From Octopus bimaculoides (lineage: Eukaryota), in contig NC_068982.1 of the NCBI RefSeq assembly GCF_001194135.2, positions 34,178,978 through 34,229,902 of the forward strand: 50,925 bases of DNA. The letters run 5' to 3'. Position 1 is the stretch's first letter. Every line of letters begins with the position of its first letter. Below are positions 21,401-34,000 of this stretch, in pieces. Under the pieces are notes generated by a model, which worked only from the letters and a program-made list of their open reading frames with translations, did no database searches and was not told where the DNA came from. Both the position numbers and the translations under genes were made by a program.

Positions 21401-24400
21401 CATGGTAAAATATTACCTTACTTGTAAACAAGATGGTAACAAGAAGGGCATCCATCTGCCTCAATAGACTGTTTGACCCATACAAGCATGGAAAAGTGGA
21501 TGTTAAAATGATGATTATGAGATGATGTTGGATGTAAATTCAAAGTTTCAGAATAGAACAATCAAGTGTATCACTTGCAAACCTTACCTCTAGTTCAGAA
21601 TCAGTCTTTTCTTCCCTCTCGGATACAATATACTGCTGAGTATCAGCTACAACAGATGAAAATTCTGCTAATACTGTTGGATAAGTACCATCAGTAACAT
21701 CTTTGTATTTGGCTAGCCGAATACAAGGAACTGTGAGTTAAAAAATTAAGAGTTAAATGCTGAATTAGTGACAAATAAAAATTAGATTTATTGAAAGTAG
21801 CTTATTGGCAAATAACAGTAGGTAAATATTGGATTATAAAATCCTTCTGGATAGAAAATTTTCTGAAAGTAGCCTTCAACTTTTTCTATTTAAAAAGAGT
21901 TTTCCAGCCCAATATTTAAATGCTAACTTTATAGCTGTATGTTATGTGCTTCAAGAAATATTATTCCATAAAGAATTATTTCATGTTTGCTTGAAAATTT
22001 ATAAAAATTCTTATGATGTCAGTAATAGTTTAACACTTTAGCATTCAAATTACTGTCAAATGTAATGTGTATTCATTCATATTGTTTTGAATTTGACATG
22101 CATCGTCTCACTGCTTTAAAATTTCAATGGTGCAATATTTTTTTAGAATGACATCACAGGAGAGGTGCAAGAGGCTGGATCTGGTTGGTTTGAACATAAA
22201 ATAGGTAGAATACTTGAGCTGGAAATGGCTGGCTTAAATGCTAAAGGGTTAATTTAACTACATTAATAAATATGTATTAATCAGATAAGATGCTCAGTAC
22301 TTTTCACTTGCAGTAATTTCTGCATACTTCAGAATCTGAAGAAAAAAAAACTGTTTTTGAACTACAAAATCTTAATTCAGTTAGGTGAGTCTCATGTGAA
22401 ATTAGATGACATTGTCTGAAATGTTGTACAAGTAAATCCAGAGACAGAGTATTCAGTAACATAATAATGTTGTTAATAATCCTTTCTACTGGAAGCACAA
22501 GGCCTCAAATTTGGGGGAAGGGATTAAGTCAATTACATCAACCTCAGTGCGTAACTGGTACTTATTTAATTGACCCTGAAAGGTTGAAAGGCTAAGCTGA
22601 CCTCGGTGGAATTTGAACTCAGAACATAGCGGCAGTTAAAATACCGCTAAGCATTTCACCTGGCAATGCTAACAATTGTACCAGCTCACTGCCTTCATAA
22701 TGTTGTTAATAATAATAACACTGTAACATGTGTTTTATCCTTCGGTAGCAACTGCTTTTTCCTATTTGCTTACTCCTGGAAAGTATGAAAAATAGCTAAT
22801 ATTTCTTTGAAACTTTACTTTTGATACATTTATTCAAACACTAAAGAATCCCTCTCAACACATGGTTATGATGCTCCTCCACTACTCCTACTCATGATCA
22901 GAGATGCACACATTATCAGCCACTAAGGCATATGCTCAAGTGCTTACGGTCAAGCAACTTACAAACAAATCTGTGGTATTGAGCAGCAGAATATTTGTTA
23001 TAACAATATTTCTGCTTCAGCAACTCAGTGCTGAATCTATCTGAAATGTAATGGAAAATAGGCCAGTTTCAAAACATTGATGTCCAGGTTACAAAAGCAA
23101 AGTTTGAAGGGAATAATGCTCATTTCATTTGATTTCTAGATAGAAGCAAATTGGAAAAGAAAAAACACTCACTGACCAAAACCAAAAAAGAAAAAAAATT
23201 TTTTTGTTACACAGTGTAATCTATAAGGATCAGATGGTAGAAAATTTACCTTTGGCTTTGAGATGTCGGTTAAGAGTACCATGCTCAGCAAAACTTCGAT
23301 TACAGAATTTACACTGAAATGGACGTTCACCAGTGTGCATACGCACGTGTCTTTGTAAAGAGCCTTTCTCACGGAAGTGGCGCTGACAGAACTGACACTC
23401 ATAAGGAAGAACATCGGTATGGATTCGAAGATGTACTTTCAATGCATTCTGTTGAAATATAGAAGTAATATAAAAGTATGAATAAAAATTGTATCTAGTA
23501 TCAAACTGATGGCAACAAGTAACATTAAATTAGAAAATATTTATTTCTGAGTTTGGTATAATATAATAAATTTGGAAGAAGGGATGTAGTTGATGTAATC
23601 AATCCCAGTACTTAGATCAAAATCAGAAGGATGAAAGGTAATGACTTCAGTGGGAATTGAATTCAGAATGTAAAATGATATAATTACTAAGTATTTAGTC
23701 AGGCTCTCAACAGTTTCTATGAATCCATTACTCCTTTCTCTAAGGTCCAGCCAAACGAAAATGAGCAGCTTCTATCACCTTTTGCAGGACCTCTAAGACT
23801 GGTGCAAAGAGCTTAGTTGGATACCTAATCTGAATCCTTACAACTGAGTGAACTCTGCTAAAGGCATCTATGCACCAAGTGGCAGATTTAAACTGGGAAT
23901 CAAATTAAGTTTACCATGCAACTTGCATATCCAATACATATGACCCACTGATGGAGCCTCTCTTATGAGGTAGAAATAACAACCAAATCCCTCTCAGAGC
24001 ACACTAATGTCCTATAAAAGTGAAATATACCTTACATAATGTATATATTATATCTGAAAATAAAAATGGAAGAATGGTTGTGATTGAAGAACTTTTGATC
24101 GAGGTCCCTTCAATGAGGGCTGACCTAGGGCTAAATGATCCCATGCCTTTCAGAAATTAATACTGTTTATTTCCCTAGAGCATAGTTTCAATATAACCTA
24201 GCAATATTGAATAAATAAACAATATAGCTTCTAGTGCAAATTTTTCCAATCAGACAATCATATAATTTTACAACTGTTTTTGACAAGGTTTATACTAATT
24301 AAAACAATGAACAGTTTCCTAAATTTTAATAAAAATATTAAAATTTCCTTAATATATAACTACACATATTCTGCTTTTAACTAATGAAAGCTTTTTCCAA

Positions 24401-27400
24401 TACATAAGCATATTACTATTACTAATAACTTTTTATAAGAATGTTTTATGTAAAGTTAAGCTTTTGAAAAATTCATTTTGATGCATGGCATCTGTTCATT
24501 CAAATCATTTAATGTGTTTATCAAGTACTAAAAAAAAAAAAAAAGGAAATATACTTACAGATGTTTTGAAAGATTTATCACACACAGAACATGTATAAGG
24601 ACGCATAGTGCTGTGAATTTTGAGATGTTCTTGTACATGGGAAATTCGCTTGAATAACTTGCCGCATTCTCCACATTTAAAGTTACGTTCTTCAGAGTGA
24701 GTGCTAACATGTTTGTTTAACATGTCTTTAGTAGTAAACGCTTTACCACATTCACTGCACTTGAAAGGTCTCTCACCTGAATGAATACAAAGCAAACAGC
24801 ATAAAGTAAGTATTTCAGAAATTAGCATAGATTTTTGACAAGTGCAACCATACATATGAATTTGAATTATCTTTCAATTTATTTTAACAAATGAAGTCTT
24901 AATTTTGTGTCTGCATCATGTGTGTAGGCATTGATGCCTCTACATCCATACAAATGGAAGATGTGTAAATATCCATCTAAATCACACACAGTTAATTTTT
25001 TTTTTTTTGAGAAGAAGGCTGGCATAAGACATAGCTCATCATGTGGGCTGCACTACAAAAGAAAACCTAAGATATCTTTTTTGTTAGGAATGCCATTTGG
25101 AAAGTAGGCTGCAGTTTGCCCGTTGTCTATTGACTTTTTATACATGTTAGGCCACTGGTGTGAAATTTCTAAAAAAACTCACCTCTCTATATTTTACGTA
25201 TATTTAGCAATTTTTAAAAGATTAGTTTGGCATTTATTCATTTACTGCCAACTGAAACTGCACTTGAGCAGTGAATTTGAAAAATTATAATATATAACAA
25301 TGAGACACGTGTTATTCGTTTCTTAATTATATGTTAGTGTTATGGCACGGTCACTGAAGAGATTTCGGCTAGCAAATTATTTTATTTGCTAAAAAAATTT
25401 TGAAACCTAGGTCTGACCGGATTAAACTAACAAGGTAAAAGTTTTTATTTTTTATTCCTTTTGAAGATTGCTCTTAAATGTGGTTTTGGTCGTTTTGACT
25501 ACTTCTTCTAGCATGTAAAAACTGCCTGTTGAAGGCAGCTTTCTCTTGTGTTTAAACGTACACTATTATATATATATATATGTATAAACATATTAAGATT
25601 TTACATAAGATTTTTATCAGGTCAAATAGCTTTTCTAAACATTTTCACTGTATTTTTCAGATTTACACAATTTTCTCTGGAAGTTTCCATTTTTTTCTGT
25701 ATCACACTCACTAGCCTGTGTCAGCATGTCAAAATCGAAGTATGAAAACCAATATTTGCTAAAAATACCTTTACATATGTTTTACTAAGAATATACAGTC
25801 TACTTCAATAACATCTTCAATGCCAAATCGTTTTTTCTTATTTAGCTTATTCACTTCATCTTCCACACTTCCATTTAACAATTGGCATTTAAGTTGCTAA
25901 CAGTGTTAAATTTTTTTATAAATCTTATACACACAAATGGATTGTATGCTGCATATGATCAATAACTTACTGCATTATCTTTTATACATTTATGGATGTC
26001 TGCCAAACGGAGGTATGAAAAGTTCAAGAATGTATTAATACTAAATATTAAATAGTACTTTCAAATTTGAAAATAAGTCTTTTTAAGTGTCTGCTTAAAT
26101 GCAAATGAGGCTATAAAAAATAGCTATTAATATATCAGGTACCTATTAGATGGAAAACAACAAACAAAATGACAGATGGCCACAATAATGAACCACTACA
26201 CACACCTTCTTAAAAAGACTTAATTTCAAATTTCTCAATGCTTCAAATAGGCCTAAATAATTTACATATAAATCTGCTATCGTGAAAAGTGGCTAAGAAG
26301 CCTCTGGAATAAAAACTATACCTGTGTGGCTTCTAAGATGAAATCGTAAATATGCACTTCCACGGAATGAACGCATACAGACATGACATTTATATACTGG
26401 TCGACCACCTTGAATTTCAGCAGGCGTAAATACTTTTGCCTCCTCTTCATCTGGAGAATTTGGCTCTAATTCCTTTTTCAGCTTCAGCAGTTGATTGACA
26501 GCTATTCGCGCATTTCTAGAATAGTAAAAAAATATTTAGATTGAATTATTAAATAAAAGAAACATTAAAAAAAAAAATAGCTATGTTGTATATGTAGAAT
26601 AAAACACAAGCATATCAATATATGACAAATTGTTTACACAAGAAAAATATTCATTAATATTAAGAATCATATGCAATATGCAATGGTTATAAAATCATGG
26701 TACTGCACTGCCAACTACACAATCAAAGTTATACCAATTAATCAACATCATTTTATATTGCAAGTATTACTCACTTGCCACAGAGTCATTTTCTATTGAT
26801 ATTCATCCCTCATTGTTGTCACTGACCACTCCACCTCCCCCCTATTTCTATTCACAACTCACTCTTCCCTTATACACATCCTTGCAATCTTTACCCATCT
26901 TCCTTGATCTTTCCATCTCCATGCACTCTTCTTGGATATGTTACATTGAGGGTTTGCTCTGGCATTTTGTTACCACTATATTTATCTCTCTGCTGGCACT
27001 ACTCCACCCGTACAAAATGTGGTGCAACTGAATCTTCTCCACAACATTAAAACTGTTCCATCATACTTTAACTTTTCGGTACCTTGTTTAAAGCCACCTT
27101 CCCTTCTATTTTCCTTCTCAATTGAATTACTAGGTGACCTCACTTGTGCTAGTGCCAGGAATAAAAGCACCTAGTATACTCTGTAAAGTGATTGGCATTA
27201 GCAAGAGTAGCCAGCTGTAAAAAACATATCAAGACAGAGACATTGGAGTAAGATGTGGTCCTCCAGCCTTTTGGATCCTGTGGAACCATCCAATCCATGC
27301 CAGCATGGAAAGCAGACTTGAGGAGATTCTTTTACTTGTTTCAGTCATTTGACTGCGGCCGTGCTGGAGCACTGCCTTGAAGGGTTTTAGATGAACAAAT

Positions 27401-30400
27401 TGACCCCAGGACTTATTTTTTAAGCCTAGTATTTATTCTATTAGTCTCTTTTGCTGAACCACTAAGTTATGGGGACATAAACACACCCACACCGGTTGTC
27501 AAGCAGTGATGGGGAGACAAACAAAGACACACACATAGCTATATACAACAGGCTTCTTTCAGTTTCCATCTACTAAATCCACTCATAAGGCTTTGGTTGG
27601 CCCAAGACTATAGTAGAAGACAATTGCCCAAGGTGCCCTGCAGTGAAACTGAACTTGGAACCATGTGATTGGGGAGTAAGCTTCTTACAAATCTTATAGA
27701 AATGAATTTAGATTTCAAATGTATAATCAAAGATTTACAAATATATGCATTATAGAACTTGAAACAATTATCATCCACATGCACATTATAAATTAATTTT
27801 TGTATCCAAACACAAGAAATCAATATAATTAATAATGAATTATTTAAAATAAAATTTATCAATATAATAAGTTAATGACATTATGTTATATCATTTAGAA
27901 AAACTGTTTCTTACTCGTCCTTATTAATCTAACTTTTATCCTCACTTTTCTAAATGAGCAAAAAGTAGTATTCAGTTACAAAAATATAAAAAAAAAAAGC
28001 AAACCCCCTTATTTCAACTACAATGATAAGAATTATAGAAATTAAGAGAATAAGAATGGGAAAACTCATTCAAAACTTTAATGTAAGAGACTTACCGACA
28101 TACTACACTTAGGTTGGACTCTTCCTTTTCTTGTACAGTACCCTCATCAAGAATAGATGAACAAGAAGTTAAAGATTCTTCTGGACCCTATGAATATAAA
28201 TTTATTTTCTGATGAAAAAAATAGCATAAATGAAAATAAAAGGGTAAAATTAAAAGCCTATACTACAAAAACAAAATAATTGACTTTCCAGACAAAGAAA
28301 AAAAATATTGCAATTAAACCCTAGTTGCACTTCTGCTTTCATGTCTCCATGTTTCTATCATGGATTGTTGTTGTTGTTGTTGTTGGCACTCCGTTGCTTA
28401 TGACATCGAGGGTTCCAATTGATCCGATCAACGGAACAGCCTGCTCGTAAAATTAACGTGCAAGTGGCTGAGCACTCCACAGACTCTTAATGNNNNNNNN
28501 NNAGCCTGCTCGTAAAATTAACGTGCAAGTGGCTGAGCACTCCACAGACTTTTAATGTAGTTCTCGGAGAAATTCAGCGTGATACAGTGTGACAAGGCTG
28601 ACCCTTTGAATTACAGGCACAACAGAAACAGGAAGTAAGAGAAAGTTGTGGTGAAAGAGTATAGCAGGGTTCGCCACCATCCGCTGCCGAGCCTCATGGA
28701 GCTTTAGGTGTTTTCGCTCAATAAACACTCACAACGCCCGGTCTGGGAATCGAAACCGCGATCCTATGACCATGAGTCCGTTGCCCTAACTACTGGGCCA
28801 TTGCGCCTCCACACTATCATGGATACACGTTCTAATAAAAACATTTGCTATGGAGATGCAAACAATAAAATTACTGTCTCTAGTGTCACAACAAGCAGCG
28901 TATAGCGACCTCCCTTTTAAGTACACAACTTGAACCTAACTGCTTGTGTGTAGATAGCCAGTAGGTGCATACATAGCAACAGCAGTAGCAAATCAGTTGC
29001 ACGAAAGTATGCATGCAGCTAACCACAGCAAGGCTCATGTATGCACATGATTTTAGATCATATTTTTGTCATCTTTCCTGTCAGTTTTCTCCATGTCAAG
29101 CAACAGAAAGGAGAAGTGTTTGAATGAAAAGGGAAGCATTGCCGTAGAATAAATCATTGATAAACTTGAACCTGAGATTCTTGAAGATTTTGCATGTACT
29201 TATCTGGGATGTGTACTTAAATGAGTGCGTACTTAACTGGACATGTACTTAATCGGGAGGTTACTGTAATATAATCATCATCATCATCGTTTAACGTCCG
29301 CTTTCCGCGCTAGCATGGGTTGGACGATTTGACTGGGGACTGGCGAACCAGATGGCTACACCAGACTCCAATCTGATCTGGCAGAGTTTCTACAGCTGGA
29401 TGCCCTTCCTAACGCCAACCACTCCGAGAGTGTAGTAGGTGCTTTTACGTGTCACCCGCATGAAGGCCAGTCAGACGATACTGGCAACGGCCAGTCTGTG
29501 GTAGTAACTTGTTATACTTAGTCAAACAATTTACCTGGATATATCGGATTAATTATTCTGTAAAGTATTTAAAGCTGATACAATCCTAAATCTAAATTAA
29601 GAAATAGGAATTCTATGTAAAAAATTGTTGAGTTTCATTAAGAATAAGAAAAACAAAGAAAAAAACCTTCAGTTCAATTTTATGCTGGGAAAGCATGTGT
29701 CGACCCAGTTCTTGGCGCTTCTCAGCAACAAAATGACAAAGACCACATCGGAATGGCATGTCTGCAAGATGAGTCCGTAAATGTACCCGAAGTGAATTAA
29801 CACAGGAGAAATCTTCACAACATACCTAAAGAAAAAAAGAAGCATGAAGTAAAACACATATTGGTACTAACTTCATTGGAGATTACTAATTCTCAGAGTT
29901 CTATGTAAATTTTTATTTTTTATAAATTAGTATTAAGAAGAGACAATGCCTATAGCGTTTTTAGGCTCCTCAAATTCGGTGGAGTTTATACACTGATAAA
30001 AATGATATTCATACCAATGTCAATAGAGACAAATAATTGCATAAAGTGTTGTGTGTTTTCTACAAGACCTGGCAGATGAAACAGTAAGGATGGTCAAAGA
30101 AAAGTGTTTAGGTGCAGAGGCAGAGGGTTAGCAGGTTTAGAAGAGTATATGTAGCATAACTTTCATTCAGAGCAACTCTCTAATGAAAACGGAAGCACTT
30201 TGCAAGTTTTTTCTCTCTCAAAGCCTAACCACTATAATAGCACCACTGGTGGTATTATGTTGCCTAAGGAACAGAAATCATCTGCTACTTCTAAGAAAAC
30301 ATCCAAGCAATCTATGGTTTTTCAATCATCAACTATTCATGTTATTTAGAATGCACTTTTATCTTTGGAACATCAAAAGTTGAAATGAAAAATTATGATG

Positions 30401-30965
30401 TACCATTTCCCCATTTAGGGTTTAGAGCAGTTGCTGTCCAATTTTAGAATGAGATTCAGCAATTCATATTTCTTAATACACAAAGCCAATCAACTGAGGC
30501 CACCAAGAAAAACGGAGTAAAGAGAAAGCTCTGAAAATTTGAAAGTCACATTAAAATATCATCCTTACCATCATTATCTAATGTCCACATTTCCATGTTT
30601 ACATGGGTTGGATGGAGTTTACCGAGGCAGATTTCTACAGTCAGGTGCCCTTCTTGTTACCAAGCAATGTAATATTTCCCTCATGGACAGACATGGAAGT
30701 TTGGAAACAGCACTACTTGTATGATGGCGATGCTCATTTACAACAATCACATGATGTACAAACAAGGGTACATACACAGATCTCTCCCTCCCTCTCCCTT
30801 CTGTCTGCCTGCCTGCTTCTCTCTATATATATATATCATCATCGTTTAATGTTCGCCTTCCATGCTGGCACGAGTTGGATGGTTTGACAGGAGCTGGCCA
30901 GGCAGAAAACTGCACCAAACTTTTTGTGTGTTTTGGGGCGGTTTTTACAGCTAACACCAACCACC

Positions 30966-31006
<41 letters not shown>

Positions 31007-34000
31007 GGAGGTCTTCTTCCAGACCCTGTCTACCAAATCCACTCGTGAAGCTTTAATCAGCTATAGTAGAAGACATTTGCCCAAGGTCCCACACAGTGGG
31101 ACTGAACCTGAAACCATGTGGATGGGAAGTAAACTTCTTAAGCACACAACCAAAACTGTGCCTATATCTATCTATATATAACTACATAGTATTTAAAAAG
31201 GTTTATAAAAAAAAATCACTTCCCTATCTAGGAGGAAATATATAATTAATTTTCAAATTCAGTGATAATTGTTTAAGTTACCTCAAAGAGGGAACTTAGA
31301 AAAAATTTACAAATAAATTCAACAAACTTACCCAACACTGAGTTGTTTTAAGAAGATCAATCTTTTCTACCATTACTGGAGAGCATTTATCATTATCTTG
31401 AGATGTTTCTGTGGTAGTTTCTGAGTCACCAGCTTCACAGACAGAATCATCCATAGGCAATACATTATCAGTCTGAGACTAATGGGTCAAAAATTGCAAA
31501 ATAATATTCCAGTTAGGACAATCATAACATTAATAAATGTGAAAATTATCATTTAAATTTCTTATCTTACTTGCCATCCATATAATAATAAAAACAATTA
31601 TCATAATATCCAAAACATAACTAGTATATCTTTTCTTTTGCATTGTTAACAAATTGACAAGACAATAGAAATAAAGTAATGAATTACATATTCAGTTACT
31701 TCAACTAAATTTTTAAAATGTTATTCTTTTGAACAAGCTGAGAAGCAGCATTTTCAGCACTCTGAAACAAACATGTACATACAAGCTCCATCATTCAAGA
31801 AAAAACAATAATGTATATTCCCATGAAGGAAATATGTTGGTTTATCTTTATGCTTTTACCACAATGCCTCGTCAATTTGAATTAATAAAAGTAGAATCAA
31901 GTCAATGAGGGAGCTTCTATGCAGTTGCTTGACCTGGTAGTGATAGCAAATAGATCTTCCTCAAATTACATGTCTTAAAAAAAAAATGGATGGATGGAAT
32001 GCCTTTGATCATAGGTTGCCCAATCAGAGCAGGCTAGGGTTAAACAAAACAATTTACAGCAATCTTATGTTAAGGGAAATATTTGAAGGATATTCATATC
32101 TCAATCAAATATTTTCTGAATCTAAGAAAGAGGTTGTGAGAAGAGACTTCATTAATAATCTGCACTATGAGACTTCACAGAAGTGAACAGAGAAAGTGAT
32201 AGAATATTAAAAGTATCAGTTAATATGTTAAGTGTCAATATACAGACAGTAGAAGGTACTTATGGAAAAGAAAAATTGGAAATAGTGCTGAGATCAAAAC
32301 TCAGGATGCTGAGCTTTACAAACAAGATGATGTAAGCTTGATATGAATGACAACATATTGCGTAGAATGTCTAACAAAATGAATGTCATGTTAGCATTTG
32401 CTTTGTTAGACCTGGAATATGGTAAAATAGATAAAAAAAAACAATGTGATGATGAATTATACAGGAGCAATACGTCATATTTATTAGTATTGCATACAAT
32501 AGAAGCTATGTAAAAGAAATGTGCCTTTTGCTATGTATAGCAAAAGGAACATCACTGCTTTGATAGAAGCTACGTTAGTTGCAAATTCAATCCAGTGTTG
32601 ATATGGAAATAAAAGTATAAACACCAGTAATAACAGAATTGATGATTAAAAGTTATTAATAGCCTGGGCAAAGTTTAGAGAGCTCTTACCCCTGCTGGCG
32701 ACAAAGGGACTCTCACTCAGAGTAAAAGGCAGACTGTATGACGCATGCGTACGAACAGCCATGCTACATGGCAGTGAAACATGGGCTGTAACTGCTGAGG
32801 ACATACGTAAGCTCGCAAGGAATGAAGCCAGTATGCTCCGTTGGATGTGTAATGTCAATGTGAATACCCGTCAGAGTGTAAGTATCTTGAGAGAAAAGCT
32901 GAACATTAGAAGCATCAGTTGTGGTGTGCAAGAGAGACGATTGCGCTGGTATGGACATGTGGTGAGAATGGATGAGGATAGCTGCGTGAANNNNNNNNNN
33001 NNNNNNNNNNNNNNNNNNNNNNNNNNNNNNNNNNNNNNNNNNNNNNNNNNNNNNNNNNNNNNNNNNNNNNNNNNNNNNNNNNNNNNNNNNNNNNNNNNNN
33101 NNNNNNNNNNNNNNNNNNNNNNNNNNNNNNNNNNNNNNNNNNNNNNNNNNNNNNNNNNNNNNNNNNNNNNNNNNNNNNNNNNNNNNNNNNNNNNNNNNNN
33201 NNNNNNNNNNNNNNNNNNNNNNNNNNNNNNNNNNNNNNNNNNNNNNNNNNNNNNNNNNNNNNNNNNNNNNNNNNNNNNNNNNNNNNNNNNNNNNNNNNNN
33301 NNNNNNNNNNNNNNNNNNNNNNNNNNNNNNNNNNGTGGCACATAAAAGACACCATTTCGAGCGTGGCCGTTTTCGTGCGGGTGACACGTAAAAGCACCCA
33401 CTACACTCTCTGAGTGGTTGGCGTTAGGAAGGGCATCCAGCTGTAGAAACTCTGCCAAATTAGACTGGAGCCTGGTGTTGCCATCCGGTTTCACCAGTCC
33501 TCAGTCAAATCGTCCAACCCATGCTAGCATGGAAAGCGGACGTTAAACGATGATGATGATGATTACAATCGAAATTTTTACCGCAATACAAAAATAGAGC
33601 CATAAATATTTCAGCGATACAGACCTGTTGAACAAAAGCTTCTTCCTCAGAATTAGTTACATCAGTAGTTTGTAAGTTTGTATTTTCATTTGTATTTTGA
33701 ATTTTTCCCATTGTAGATGGAAAATTTGCAATAAAGTTCCAGCGTTGACCATAACATGGTAAATCAGAATCCCTCTTAGCTGTACATGGAGTTCTGTTTG
33801 AAATTTAATAAAAAAAAAAAACATTAATAAAATTATTAGTTCTAAATCTCTGAATGAGAAACATGCAGCAACAGTATTCTAGAGTAAAGTTTATTTGCTA
33901 ATGTAACGTGGCAGTTAATTTGATAAAAAATATTAAAATTTATTTTTCCTCTTAACATTAAAAAAATATTATTCTAACTAAACTGTAGAAATCTGACAAT

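Noticed and set aside
28438-28550. ~48-bp direct repeat (agcctgctcgtaaaattaacg...) on both sides of a 10-N gap
   Set aside because: Typical contig-overlap artefact inside a SINE, not a biological repeat.
28740-28811. tRNA-like sequence with A and B boxes
   Set aside because: It is a SINE head continuing into SINE body, with no proper acceptor stem; not a tRNA gene. The same applies to family A and B heads.
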